NCBI GenBank assembly: GCA_964016885.1
Contig: OZ024743.1
Location: 333,498,001 to 333,562,000 of the forward strand
Length of the DNA stretch: 64,000 nucleotides
Origin: Eledone cirrhosa
Lineage: Eukaryota
Direction: 5' to 3'
The notes under the pieces were generated by a model. That model was not told where the DNA came from. It worked only from the letters and a program-made list of their open reading frames with translations, and did no database searches. Both the position numbers and the translations under genes were made by a program. This document shows, piece by piece, positions 11,418-24,400 of this stretch (position 1 is its first letter; the number at the start of each line of letters is the position of its first letter).

Positions 11418-14400
11418 GAAACCAGTAAAGAGTGTAGTGCCCCATCATGGCTGCAGTTTGATGACTGAAACCAGTAAAGAGTGTAGTGTCCCAGCATGGC
11501 TGCAGTTTGATGACTGAAACCAGTAAAGAGTGTAGTGCCCCATCATGGCTGCAGTCTGATGACTGAAACCAGTAAAGAGTGTAGTGCCCCATCATGGCTG
11601 CAGTCTGATGACTGAAACCAGTAAAGAGTGTAGTGCCCCATCATGGCTGCAGTTTGATGACTGAAACCAGTAAAGAGTGTGGTGCCCCATCATGGCTGCA
11701 GTCTGATGACTGAAACCAGTAAAGAGTGTAGTGCCCCATCATGGCTGCAGTCTGATGACTGAAACCAGTAAAGAGTGTGGTGCCCCAGCATGGCTGCAGT
11801 TTAATGACTGAAACCAGTAAAGAGTGTAGTGCCCCATCATGGCTGCAGTTTGATGACTGAAACCAGTAAAGAGTGTGGTGCCCCAGCATGGCTGCAGTTT
11901 AATGACTGAAACCAGTAAAGAGTGTAGTGCCCCATCATGGCTGCAGTTTGATGACTGAAACCAGTAAAGAGTGTGGTGCCCCAGCATGGCTGCAGTTTAA
12001 TGACTGAAACCTGTAAAGAGTGTAGTGCCCCAGCATGGCTGCAGTTTGATGACTGAAACCAGTAAAGAGTGTGGTGCCCCAGCATGGCTGCAGTTTAATG
12101 ACTGAAACCAGTAAAGAGTGTAGTGCCCCATGATGGCTGCAGTTTGATGACTGAAACCAGTAAAGAGTGTGGTGCTCCAGCATGGCTGCAGTTTGATGAC
12201 TGAAACCAGTAAAGAGTGTAGTGCCCCATCATGGCTGCAGTTTGATGACTGAAACCAGTAAAGAGTGTAGTGCCCCAGCATGGCTGCAGTTTAATGACTG
12301 AAACCAGTAAAGAGTGTAGTGCCCCAGCATGGCTGCAGTTTGATGACTGAAACCAGTAAAGAGTGTGGTGCTCCAGCATGGCTGCAGTTTGATGACTGAA
12401 ACCAGTAAAGAGTGTAGTGCCCCATCATGGCTGCAGTTTGATGACTGAAACCAGTAAAGAGTGTAGTGCCCCAGCATGGCTGCAGTTTGATGACTGAAAC
12501 CAGTAAAGAGTGTGGTGCTCCAGCATGGCTGCAGTTTGATGACTGAAACCAGTAAAGAGTGTAGTGCCCCAGCATGGCTGCAGTTTGATGACTGAAACCA
12601 GTAAAGAGTGTAGTGCCCCAGCATGGCTGCAGTTTGATGACTGAAACCAGTAAAGAGTGTGGTGCTCCAGCATGGCTGCAGTTTGATGACTGAAACCAGT
12701 AAAGAGTGTAGTGCCCCAGCATGGCTGCAGTTTGATGACTGAAACCAGTAAAGAGTGTGGTGCTCCAGCATGGCTGCAGTTTGATGACTGAAACCAGTAA
12801 AGAGTGTAGTGCCCCAGCATGGCTGCAGTTTAATGACTGAAACCAGTAAAGAGTGTAGTGCCCCATCATGGCTGCAGTTTGATGACTGAAACCAGTAAAG
12901 AGTGTGGTGCCCTAGCATGGCTGCAGTTTGATGACTGAAACCAGTAAAGAGTGTAGTGCCCCATCATGGCTGCAGTTTGATGACTGAAACCAGTAAAGAG
13001 TGTAGTGCCCCATCATGGCTGCAGTTTGATGACTGAAACCAGTAAAGAGTGTGGTGCCCCAGCATGGCTGCAGTTTAATGACTGAAACCAGTAAAGAGTG
13101 TAGTGCCCCATTATGGCTGCAGTTTGATGACTGAAACCAGTAAAGAGTGTGGTGCCCCAGCATGGCTGCAGTTTGATGACTGAAACCAGTAAAGAGTTTA
13201 GTGCCCCATCATGGCTGCAGTTTGATGACTGAAACCAGTAAAGAGTGTGGTGCTCCAGCATGGCTGCAGTTTGATGACTGAAACCAGTAAAGAGTGTAGT
13301 GCCCCATCATGGCTGCAGTTTGATGACTGAAACCAGTAAAGAGTGTAGTGCCCCATCATGGCTGCAGTTTGATGACTGAAACCAGTAAAGAGTGTAGTGC
13401 CCCATCATGGCTGCAGTTTGATGACTGAAACCAGTAAAGAGTGTGGTGCCCCAGCATGGCTGCAGTTTAATGACTGAAACCAGTAAAGAGTGTAGTGCCC
13501 CATCATGGCTGCAGTTTGATGACTGAAACCAGTAAAGAGTGTGGTTCCCCAGCATGGCTGCAGTTTGATGACTGAAACCAGTAAAGAGTGTAGTGTCCCA
13601 GCATGGCTGCAGTTTGATGACTGAAACCAGTAAAGAGTGTAGTGCCCCATCATGGCTGCAGTTTGATGACTGAAACCAGTAAAGAGTGTAGTGTCCCAGC
13701 ATGGCTGCAGTTTGATGACTGAAACCAGTAAAGAGTGTAGTGCCCCATCATGGCTGCAGTTTGATGACTGAAACCAGTAAAGAGTGTGGTTCCCCAGCAT
13801 GGCTGCAGTTTGATGACTGAAACCAGTAAAGAGTGTAGTGTCCCAGCATGGCTGCAGTTTGATGACTGAAACCAGTAAAGAGTGTAGTGCCCCATCATGG
13901 CTGCAGTTTGATGACTGAAACCAGTAAAGAGTGTAGTGTCCCAGCATGGCTGCAGTTTGATGACTGAAACCAGTAAAGAGTGTAGTGCCCCATCATGGCT
14001 GCAGTTTGATGACTGAAACCAGTAAAGAGTTTAGTGCCCCATCATGGCTGCAGTTTGATGACTGAAACCAGTAAAGAGTGTAGTGCCCCATCATGGCTGC
14101 AGTTTGATGACTGAAACCAGTAAAGAGTGTAGTGTCCCAGCATGGCTGCAGTTTGATGACTGAAACCAGTAAAGAGTGTAGTGCCCCATCATGGCTGCAG
14201 TTTGATGACTGAAACCAGTAAAGAGTGTGGTTCCCCAGCATGGCTGCAGTTTGATGACTGAAACCAGTAAAGAGTGTAGTGTCCCAGCATGGCTGCAGTT
14301 TGATGACTGAAACCAGTAAAGAGTGTAGTGCCCCATCATGGCTGCAGTTTGATGACTGAAACCAGTAAAGAGTGTGGTTCCCCAGCATGGCTGCAGTTTG

Positions 14401-17400
14401 ATGACTGAAACCAGTAAAGAGTGTAGTGTCCCAGCATGGCTGCAGTTTGATGACTGAAACCAGTAAAGAGTGTAGTGCCCCATCATGGCTGCAGTTTGAT
14501 GACTGAAACCAGTAAAGAGTGTGGTTCCCCAGCATGGCTGCAGTTTGATGACTGAAACCAGTAAAGAGTGTAGTGTCCCAGCATGGCTGCAGTTTGATGA
14601 CTGAAACCAGTAAAGAGTGTAGTGCCCCATCATGGCTGCAGTTTGATGACTGAAACCAGTAAAGAGTGTGGTTCCCCAGCATGGCTGCAGTTTGATGACT
14701 GAAACCAGTAAAGAGTGTAGTGTCCCAGCATGGCTGCAGTTTGATGACTGAAACCAGTAAAGAGTGTAGTGCCCCATCATGGCTGCAGTTTGATGACTGA
14801 AACCAGTAAAGAGTGTGGTTCCCCAGCATGGCTGCAGTTTGATGACTGAAACCAGTAAAGAGTGTAGTGTCCCAGCATGGCTGCAGTTTGATGACTGAAA
14901 CCAGTAAAGAGTGTAGTGCCCCATCATGGCTGCAGTTTGATGACTGAAACCAGTAAAGAGTGTGGTTCCCCAGCATGGCTGCAGTTTGATGACTGAAACC
15001 AGTAAAGAGTGTAGTGCCCCATCATGGCTGCAGTTTGATGACTGAAACCAGTAAAGAGTGTAGTGTCCCAGCATGGCTGCAGTTTGATGACTGAAACCAG
15101 TAAAGAGTGTAGTGCCCCATCATGGCTGCAGTCTGATGACTGAAACCAGTAAAGAGTGTAGTGCCCCATCATGGCTGCAGTCTGATGACTGAAACCAGTA
15201 AAGAGTGTAGTGCCCCATCATGGCTGCAGTTTGATGACTGAAACCAGTAAAGAGTGTGGTGCCCCATCATGGCTGCAGTCTGATGACTGAAACCAGTAAA
15301 GAGTGTAGTGCCCCATCATGGCTGCAGTCTGATGACTGAAACCAGTAAAGAGTGTGGTGCCCCAGCATGGCTGCAGTTTAATGACTGAAACCAGTAAAGA
15401 GTGTAGTGCCCCATCATGGCTGCAGTTTGATGACTGAAACCAGTAAAGAGTGTGGTGCCCCAGCATGGCTGCAGTTTAATGACTGAAACCAGTAAAGAGT
15501 GTAGTGCCCCATCATGGCTGCAGTTTGATGACTGAAACCAGTAAAGAGTGTGGTGCCCCAGCATGGCTGCAGTTTAATGACTGAAACCTGTAAAGAGTGT
15601 AGTGCCCCAGCATGGCTGCAGTTTGATGACTGAAACCAGTAAAGAGTGTGGTGCCCCAGCATGGCTGCAGTTTAATGACTGAAACCAGTAAAGAGTGTAG
15701 TGCCCCATGATGGCTGCAGTTTGATGACTGAAACCAGTAAAGAGTGTGGTGCTCCAGCATGGCTGCAGTTTGATGACTGAAACCAGTAAAGAGTGTAGTG
15801 CCCCATCATGGCTGCAGTTTGATGACTGAAACCAGTAAAGAGTGTAGTGCCCCAGCATGGCTGCAGTTTAATGACTGAAACCAGTAAAGAGTGTAGTGCC
15901 CCAGCATGGCTGCAGTTTGATGACTGAAACCAGTAAAGAGTGTGGTGCTCCAGCATGGCTGCAGTTTGATGACTGAAACCAGTAAAGAGTGTAGTGCCCC
16001 ATCATGGCTGCAGTTTGATGACTGAAACCAGTAAAGAGTGTAGTGCCCCAGCATGGCTGCAGTTTGATGACTGAAACCAGTAAAGAGTGTGGTGCTCCAG
16101 CATGGCTGCAGTTTGATGACTGAAACCAGTAAAGAGTGTAGTGCCCCAGCATGGCTGCAGTTTGATGACTGAAACCAGTAAAGAGTGTAGTGCCCCAGCA
16201 TGGCTGCAGTTTGATGACTGAAACCAGTAAAGAGTGTGGTGCTCCAGCATGGCTGCAGTTTGATGACTGAAACCAGTAAAGAGTGTAGTGCCCCAGCATG
16301 GCTGCAGTTTGATGACTGAAACCAGTAAAGAGTGTGGTGCTCCAGCATGGCTGCAGTTTGATGACTGAAACCAGTAAAGAGTGTAGTGCCCCAGCATGGC
16401 TGCAGTTTAATGACTGAAACCAGTAAAGAGTGTAGTGCCCCATCATGGCTGCAGTTTGATGACTGAAACCAGTAAAGAGTGTGGTGCCCTAGCATGGCTG
16501 CAGTTTGATGACTGAAACCAGTAAAGAGTGTAGTGCCCCATCATGGCTGCAGTTTGATGACTGAAACCAGTAAAGAGTGTAGTGCCCCATCATGGCTGCA
16601 GTTTGATGACTGAAACCAGTAAAGAGTGTGGTGCCCCAGCATGGCTGCAGTTTAATGACTGAAACCAGTAAAGAGTGTAGTGCCCCATTATGGCTGCAGT
16701 TTGATGACTGAAACCAGTAAAGAGTGTGGTGCCCCAGCATGGCTGCAGTTTGATGACTGAAACCAGTAAAGAGTTTAGTGCCCCATCATGGCTGCAGTTT
16801 GATGACTGAAACCAGTAAAGAGTGTGGTGCTCCAGCATGGCTGCAGTTTGATGACTGAAACCAGTAAAGAGTGTAGTGCCCCATCATGGCTGCAGTTTGA
16901 TGACTGAAACCAGTAAAGAGTGTAGTGCCCCATCATGGCTGCAGTTTGATGACTGAAACCAGTAAAGAGTGTAGTGCCCCATCATGGCTGCAGTTTGATG
17001 ACTGAAACCAGTAAAGAGTGTGGTGCCCCAGCATGGCTGCAGTTTAATGACTGAAACCAGTAAAGAGTGTAGTGCCCCATCATGGCTGCAGTTTGATGAC
17101 TGAAACCAGTAAAGAGTGTGGTTCCCCAGCATGGCTGCAGTTTGATGACTGAAACCAGTAAAGAGTGTAGTGTCCCAGCATGGCTGCAGTTTGATGACTG
17201 AAACCAGTAAAGAGTGTAGTGCCCCATCATGGCTGCAGTTTGATGACTGAAACCAGTAAAGAGTGTAGTGTCCCAGCATGGCTGCAGTTTGATGACTGAA
17301 ACCAGTAAAGAGTGTAGTGCCCCATCATGGCTGCAGTTTGATGACTGAAACCAGTAAAGAGTGTGGTTCCCCAGCATGGCTGCAGTTTGATGACTGAAAC

Positions 17401-18450
17401 CAGTAAAGAGTGTAGTGTCCCAGCATGGCTGCAGTTTGATGACTGAAACCAGTAAAGAGTGTAGTGCCCCATCATGGCTGCAGTTTGATGACTGAAACCA
17501 GTAAAGAGTGTAGTGTCCCAGCATGGCTGCAGTTTGATGACTGAAACCAGTAAAGAGTGTAGTGCCCCATCATGGCTGCAGTTTGATGACTGAAACCAGT
17601 AAAGAGTTTAGTGCCCCATCATGGCTGCAGTTTGATGACTGAAACCAGTAAAGAGTGTAGTGCCCCATCATGGCTGCAGTTTGATGACTGAAACCAGTAA
17701 AGAGTGTAGTGTCCCAGCATGGCTGCAGTTTGATGACTGAAACCAGTAAAGAGTGTAGTGCCCCATCATGGCTGCAGTTTGATGACTGAAACCAGTAAAG
17801 AGTGTGGTTCCCCAGCATGGCTGCAGTTTGATGACTGAAACCAGTAAAGAGTGTAGTGTCCCAGCATGGCTGCAGTTTGATGACTGAAACCAGTAAAGAG
17901 TGTAGTGCCCCATCATGGCTGCAGTTTGATGACTGAAACCAGTAAAGAGTGTGGTTCCCCAGCATGGCTGCAGTTTGATGACTGAAACCAGTAAAGAGTG
18001 TAGTGTCCCAGCATGGCTGCAGTTTGATGACTGAAACCAGTAAAGAGTGTAGTGCCCCATCATGGCTGCAGTTTGATGACTGAAACCAGTAAAGAGTGTG
18101 GTTCCCCAGCATGGCTGCAGTTTGATGACTGAAACCAGTAAAGAGTGTAGTGTCCCAGCATGGCTGCAGTTTGATGACTGAAACCAGTAAAGAGTGTAGT
18201 GCCCCATCATGGCTGCAGTTTGATGACTGAAACCAGTAAAGAGTGTAGTGTCCCAGCATGGCTGCAGTTTGATGACTGAAACCAGTAAAGAGTGTAGTGC
18301 CCCATCATGGCTGCAGTTTGATGACTGAAACCAGTAAAGAGTTTAGTGCCCCATCATGGCTGCAGTTTGATGACTGAAACCAGTAAAGAGTGTAGTGCCC
18401 CATCATGGCTGCAGTTTGATGACTGAAACCAGTAAAGAGTGTAGTGCCCC
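11418..18450. repeat. Tandem 73-monomer (3577 bp) higher-order repeat, two copies (11418-14994 and 14995-about 18450, the second shortened), followed by a partial third copy
   Basis: Matching ORFs at offset 3577: 11641/15218, 12229/15806, 12912/16489, 13405/16982, 13993/17570. A further partial copy lies at offset 3038 (62 monomers): 15512/18550 and 15806/18844. Confidence 0.88.
14113..14994. repeat. 147-bp trimer sub-array, 6 copies (AGTGTCCCAG / AGTGCCCCAT / GGTTCCCCAG monomer types)
   Basis: Read directly: 18 consecutive monomers cycle strictly through three variants. The same trimer occurs 3 times from 9899 and 3 times from 17690. Confidence 0.9.
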
Positions 18451-21400
18451 ATCATGGCTGCAGTCTGATGACTGAAACCAGTAAAGAGTGTGGTGCCCTA
18501 GCATGGCTGCAGTTTAATGACTGAAACCAGTAAAGAGTGTAGTGCCCCATCATGGCTGCAGTTTGATGACTGAAACCAGTAAAGAGTGTGGTGCCCCAGC
18601 ATGGCTGCAGTTTAATGACTGAAACCTGTAAAGAGTGTAGTGCCCCAGCATGGCTGCAGTTTGATGACTGAAACCAGTAAAGAGTGTGGTGCCCCAGCAT
18701 GGCTGCAGTTTAATGACTGAAACCAGTAAAGAGTGTAGTGCCCCATGATGGCTGCAGTTTGATGACTGAAACCAGTAAAGAGTGTGGTGCTCCAGCATGG
18801 CTGCAGTTTGATGACTGAAACCAGTAAAGAGTGTAGTGCCCCATCATGGCTGCAGTTTGATGACTGAAACCAGTAAAGAGTGTAGTGCCCCAGCATGGCT
18901 GCAGTTTAATGACTGAAACCAGTAAAGAGTGTAGTGCCCCAGCATGGCTGCAGTTTGATGACTGAAACCAGTAAAGAGTGTGGTGCTCCAGCATGGCTGC
19001 AGTTTGATGACTGAAACCAGTAAAGAGTGTAGTGCCCCATCATGGCTGCAGTTTGATGACTGAAACCAGTAAAGAGTGTAGTGCCCCAGCATGGCTGCAG
19101 TTTGATGACTGAAACCAGTAAAGAGTGTGGTGCTCCAGCATGGCTGCAGTTTGATGACTGAAACCAGTAAAGAGTGTAGTGCCCCAGCATGGCTGCAGTT
19201 TGATGACTGAAACCAGTAAAGAGTGTAGTGCCCCAGCATGGCTGCAGTTTGATGACTGAAACCAGTAAAGAGTGTGGTGCTCCAGCATGGCTGCAGTTTG
19301 ATGACTGAAACCAGTAAAGAGTGTAGTGCCCCAGCATGGCTGCAGTTTGATGACTGAAACCAGTAAAGAGTGTGGTGCTCCAGCATGGCTGCAGTTTGAT
19401 GACTGAAACCAGTAAAGAGTGTAGTGCCCCAGCATGGCTGCAGTTTAATGACTGAAACCAGTAAAGAGTGTAGTGCCCCATCATGGCTGCAGTTTGATGA
19501 CTGAAACCAGTAAAGAGTGTGGTGCCCTAGCATGGCTGCAGTTTGATGACTGAAACCAGTAAAGAGTGTAGTGCCCCATCATGGCTGCAGTTTGATGACT
19601 GAAACCAGTAAAGAGTGTAGTGCCCCAGCATGGCTGCAGTTTGATGACTGAAACCAGTAAAGAGTGTAGTGCCCCATCATGGCTGCAGTTTGATGACTGA
19701 AACCAGTAAAGAGTGTAGTGCCCCATCATGGCTGCAGTTTGATGACTGAAACCAGTAAAGAGTGTGGTGCCCCAGCATGGCTGCAGTTTAATGACTGAAA
19801 CCAGTAAAGAGTGTAGTGCCCCATTATGGCTGCAGTTTGATGACTGAAACCAGTAAAGAGTGTGGTGCCCCAGCATGGCTGCAGTTTGATGACTGAAACC
19901 AGTAAAGAGTTTAGTGCCCCATCATGGCTGCAGTTTGATGACTGAAACCAGTAAAGAGTGTGGTGCTCCAGCATGGCTGCAGTTTGATGACTGAAACCAG
20001 TAAAGAGTGTAGTGCCCCATCATGGCTGCAGTTTGATGACTGAAACCAGTAAAGAGTGTAGTGCCCCATCATGGCTGCAGTTTGATGACTGAAACCAGTA
20101 AAGAGTGTGGTGCCCCAGCATGGCTGCAGTTTAATGACTGAAACCTGTAAAGAGTGTAGTGCCCCAGCATGGCTGCAGTTTGATGACTGAAACCAGTAAA
20201 GAGTGTGGTGCCCCAGCATGGCTGCAGTTTAATGACTGAAACCAGTAAAGAGTGTAGTGCCCCATCATGGCTGCAGTTTGATGACTGAAACCAGTAAAGA
20301 GTGTAGTGCCCCAGCATGGCTGCAGTTTGATGACTGAAACCAGTAAAGAGTGTAGTGCCCCATCATGGCTGCAGTTTGATGACTGAAACCAGTAAAGAGT
20401 GTGGTGCCCCAGCATGGCTGCAGTTTAATGACTGAAACCTGTAAAGAGTGTAGTGCCCCAGCATGGCTGCAGTTTGATGACTGAAACCAGTAAAGAGTGT
20501 GGTGCCCCAGCATGGCTGCAGTTTAATGACTGAAACCAGTAAAGAGTGTAGTGCCCCATCATGGCTGCAGTTTGATGACTGAAACCAGTAAAGAGTGTAG
20601 TGCCCCATCATGGCTGCAGTTTTATGACTGAAACCAGTAAAGAGTGTGGTGCCCCAGCATGGCTGCAGTTTAATGACTGAAACCTGTAAAGAGTGTGGTG
20701 CCCCAGCATGGCTGCAGTTTGATGACTGAAACCAGTAAAGAGTGTAGTGCCCCATCATGGCTGCAGTTTGATGACTGAAACCAGTAAAGAGTGTGGTGCC
20801 CCAGCATGGCTGCAGTTTAATGACTGAAACCTGTAAAGAGTGTGGTGCCCCAGCATGGCTGCAGTTTGATGACTGAAACCAGTAAAGAGTGTGGTGCCCC
20901 AGCATGGCTGCAGTTTAATGACTGAAACCTGTAAAGAGTGTAGTGCCCCAGCATGGCTGCAGTTTGATGACTGAAACCAGTAAAGAGTGTGGTGCCCCAG
21001 CATGGCTGCAGTTTAATGACTGAAACCAGTAAAGAGTGTAGTGCCCCATCATGGCTGCAGTTTGATGACTGAAACCAGTAAAGAGTGTAGTGCCCCATCA
21101 TGGCTGCAGTTTGATGACTGAAACCAGTAAAGAGTGTAGTGCCCCATCATGGCTGCAGTTTGATGACTGAAACCAGTAAAGAGTGTGGTGCCCCAGCATG
21201 GCTGCAGTTTAATGACTGAAACCTGTAAAGAGTGTTGTGCCCCAGCATGGCTGCAGTTTGATGACTGAAACCAGTAAAGAGTGTGGTGCCCCAGCATGGC
21301 TGCAGTTTAATGACTGAAACCAGTAAAGAGTGTAGTGCCCCATCATGGCTGCAGTTTGATGACTGAAACCAGTAAAGAGTGTAGTGCCCCAGCATGGCTG

Positions 21401-24400
21401 CAGTTTGATGACTGAAACCAGTAAAGAGTGTAGTGCCCCATCATGGCTGCAGTTTGATGACTGAAACCAGTAAAGAGTGTAGTGCCCCATCATGGCTGCA
21501 GTTTGATGACTGAAACCAGTAAAGAGTGTAGTGCCCCAGCATGGCTGCAGTTTGATGACTGAAACCAGTAAAGAGTGTGGTGCCCCAGCATGGCTGCAGT
21601 TTGATGACTGAAACCAGTAAAGAGTGTAGTGCCCCAGCATGGCTGCAGTTTGATGACTGAAACCAGTAAAGAGTGTAGTGCCCCATCATGGCTGCAGTTT
21701 GATGACTGAAATCAGTAAAGAGTGTGGTGCTCCAGCATGGCTGCAGTTTGATGACTGAAACCAGTAAAGAGTGTAGTGCCCCATCATGGCTGCAGTTTGA
21801 TGACTGAAATCAGTAAAGAGTGTGGTGCTCCAGCATGGCTGCAGTTTGATGACTGAAACCAGTAAAGAGTGTAGTGCTCCAGCATGGCTGCAGTTTGACG
21901 ACTGAAACCAGTAAAGAGTATAGTGCCCCATCATGGCTGTAGTTTGATGACTGAAACCAGTAAAGAGTGTAGTGCCCCAGCATGGCTGCAGTTTGATGAC
22001 TGAAACCAGTAAAGAGTGTAGTGCCCCATCATGGCTGCAGTTTGATGACTGAAACCAGTAAAGAGTGAGGTGCCCCAGCATGGCTGCAGTTTAATGACTG
22101 AAACCAGTAAAGAGTGTAGTGCCCCATCATGGCTGCAGTTTGATTACTGAAACCAGTAAAGAGTGTAGTGCTCCACCATGGCTGCAGTTTGATGACTGAA
22201 ACCAGTAAAGAGTGTAGTGCCCCAGCATGGCTGCAGTTTAATGACTGAAACCAGTAAAGAGTGTAGTGCCCCATCATGGCTGCAGTTTGATGACTGAAAC
22301 CAGTAAAGAGTGTGGTGCCCTAGCATGGCTGCAGTTTGATGACTGAAACCAGTCAAGAGTGTAGTGCCCCATCATGGCTGCAGTTTGATGACTGAAACCA
22401 GTAAAGAGTGTAGTGCCCCATCATGGCTGCAGTTTGATGACTGAAACCAGTAAAGAGTGTGGTGCCCCATCATGGCTGCAGTTTGATTACTGAAACCAGT
22501 AAAGAGTGTAGTGCTCCATCATGGCTGCAGTTTGATGACTGAAACCAGTAAAGAGTGTAGTGCCCCAGCATGGCTGCAGTTTAATGACTGAAACCAGTAA
22601 AGAGTGTAGTGCCCCATCATGGCTGCAGTTTGATGACTGAAACCAGTAAAGAGTGTGGTGCCCTAGCATGGCTGCAGTTTGATGACTGAAACCAGTAAAG
22701 AGTGTAGTGCCCCATCATGGCTGCAGTTTGATGACTGAAACCAGTAAAGAGTGTAGTGCCCCAGCATGGCTGCAGTTTGATGACTGAAACCAGTAAAGAG
22801 TGTAGTGCCCCATCATGGCTGCAGTTTGATGACTGAAACCAGTAAAGAGTGTAGTGCCCCATCATGGCTGCAGTTTGATGACTGAAACCAGTAAAGAGTG
22901 TGGTGCCCCAGCATGGCTGCAGTTTAATGACTGAAACCAGTAAAGAGTGTAGTGCCCCATTATGGCTGCAGTTTGATGACTGAAACCAGTAAAGAGTGTG
23001 GTGCCCCAGCATGGCTGCAGTTTGATGACTGAAACCAGTAAAGAGTTTAGTGCCCCATCATGGCTGCAGTTTGATGACTGAAACCAGTAAAGAGTGTGGT
23101 GCTCCAGCATGGCTGCAGTTTGATGACTGAAACCAGTAAAGAGTGTAGTGCCCCATCATGGCTGCAGTTTGATGACTGAAACCAGTAAAGAGTGTAGTGC
23201 CCCATCATGGCTGCAGTTTGATGACTGAAACCAGTAAAGAGTGTGGTGCCCCAGCATGGCTGCAGTTTAATGACTGAAACCTGTAAAGAGTGTAGTGCCC
23301 CAGCATGGCTGCAGTTTGATGACTGAAACCAGTAAAGAGTGTGGTGCCCCAGCATGGCTGCAGTTTAATGACTGAAACCAGTAAAGAGTGTAGTGCCCCA
23401 TCATGGCTGCAGTTTGATGACTGAAACCAGTAAAGAGTGTAGTGCCCCATCATGGCTGCAGTTTGATGACTGAAACCAGTAAAGAGTGTGGTGCCCCAGC
23501 ATGGCTGCAGTTTAATGACTGAAACCTGTAAAGAGTGTGGTGCCCCAGCATGGCTGCAGTTTGATGACTGAAACCAGTAAAGAGTGTAGTGCCCCATCAT
23601 GGCTGCAGTTTGATGACTGAAACCAGTAAAGAGTGTGGTGCCCCAGCATGGCTGCAGTTTAATGACTGAAACCAGTAAAGAGTGTAGTGCCCCATGATGG
23701 CTGCAGTTTGATGACTGAAACCAGTAAAGAGTGTGGTGCTCCAGCATGGCTGCAGTTTGATGACTGAAACCAGTAAAGAGTGTAGTGCCCCATCATGGCT
23801 GCAGTTTGATGACTGAAACCAGTAAAGAGTGTAGTGCCCCAGCATGGCTGCAGTTTAATGACTGAAACCAGTAAAGAGTGTAGTGCCCCAGCATGGCTGC
23901 AGTTTGATGACTGAAACCAGTAAAGAGTGTGGTGCTCCAGCATGGCTGCAGTTTGATGACTGAAACCAGTAAAGATTGTAGTGCCCCATCAAGGCTGCAG
24001 TTTGATGACTGAAACCAGTAAAGAGTGTAGTGCCCCAGCATGGCTGCAGTTTGATGACTGAAACCAGTAAAGAGTGTGGTGCTCCAGCATGGCTGCAGTT
24101 TGATGACTGAAACCAGTAAAGAGTGTAGTGCCCCAGCATGGCTGCAGTTTGATGACTGAAACCAGTAAAGAGTGTAGTGCCCCAGCATGGCTGCAGTTTG
24201 ATGACTGAAACCAGTAAAGAGTGTGGTGCTCCAGCATGGCTGCAGTTTGATGACTGAAACCAGTAAAGAGTGTAGTGCCCCAGCATGGCTGCAGTTTGAT
24301 GACTGAAACCAGTAAAGAGTGTGGTGCTCCAGCATGGCTGCAGTTTGATGACTGAAACCAGTAAAGAGTGTAGTGCCCCAGCATGGCTGCAGTTTAATGA

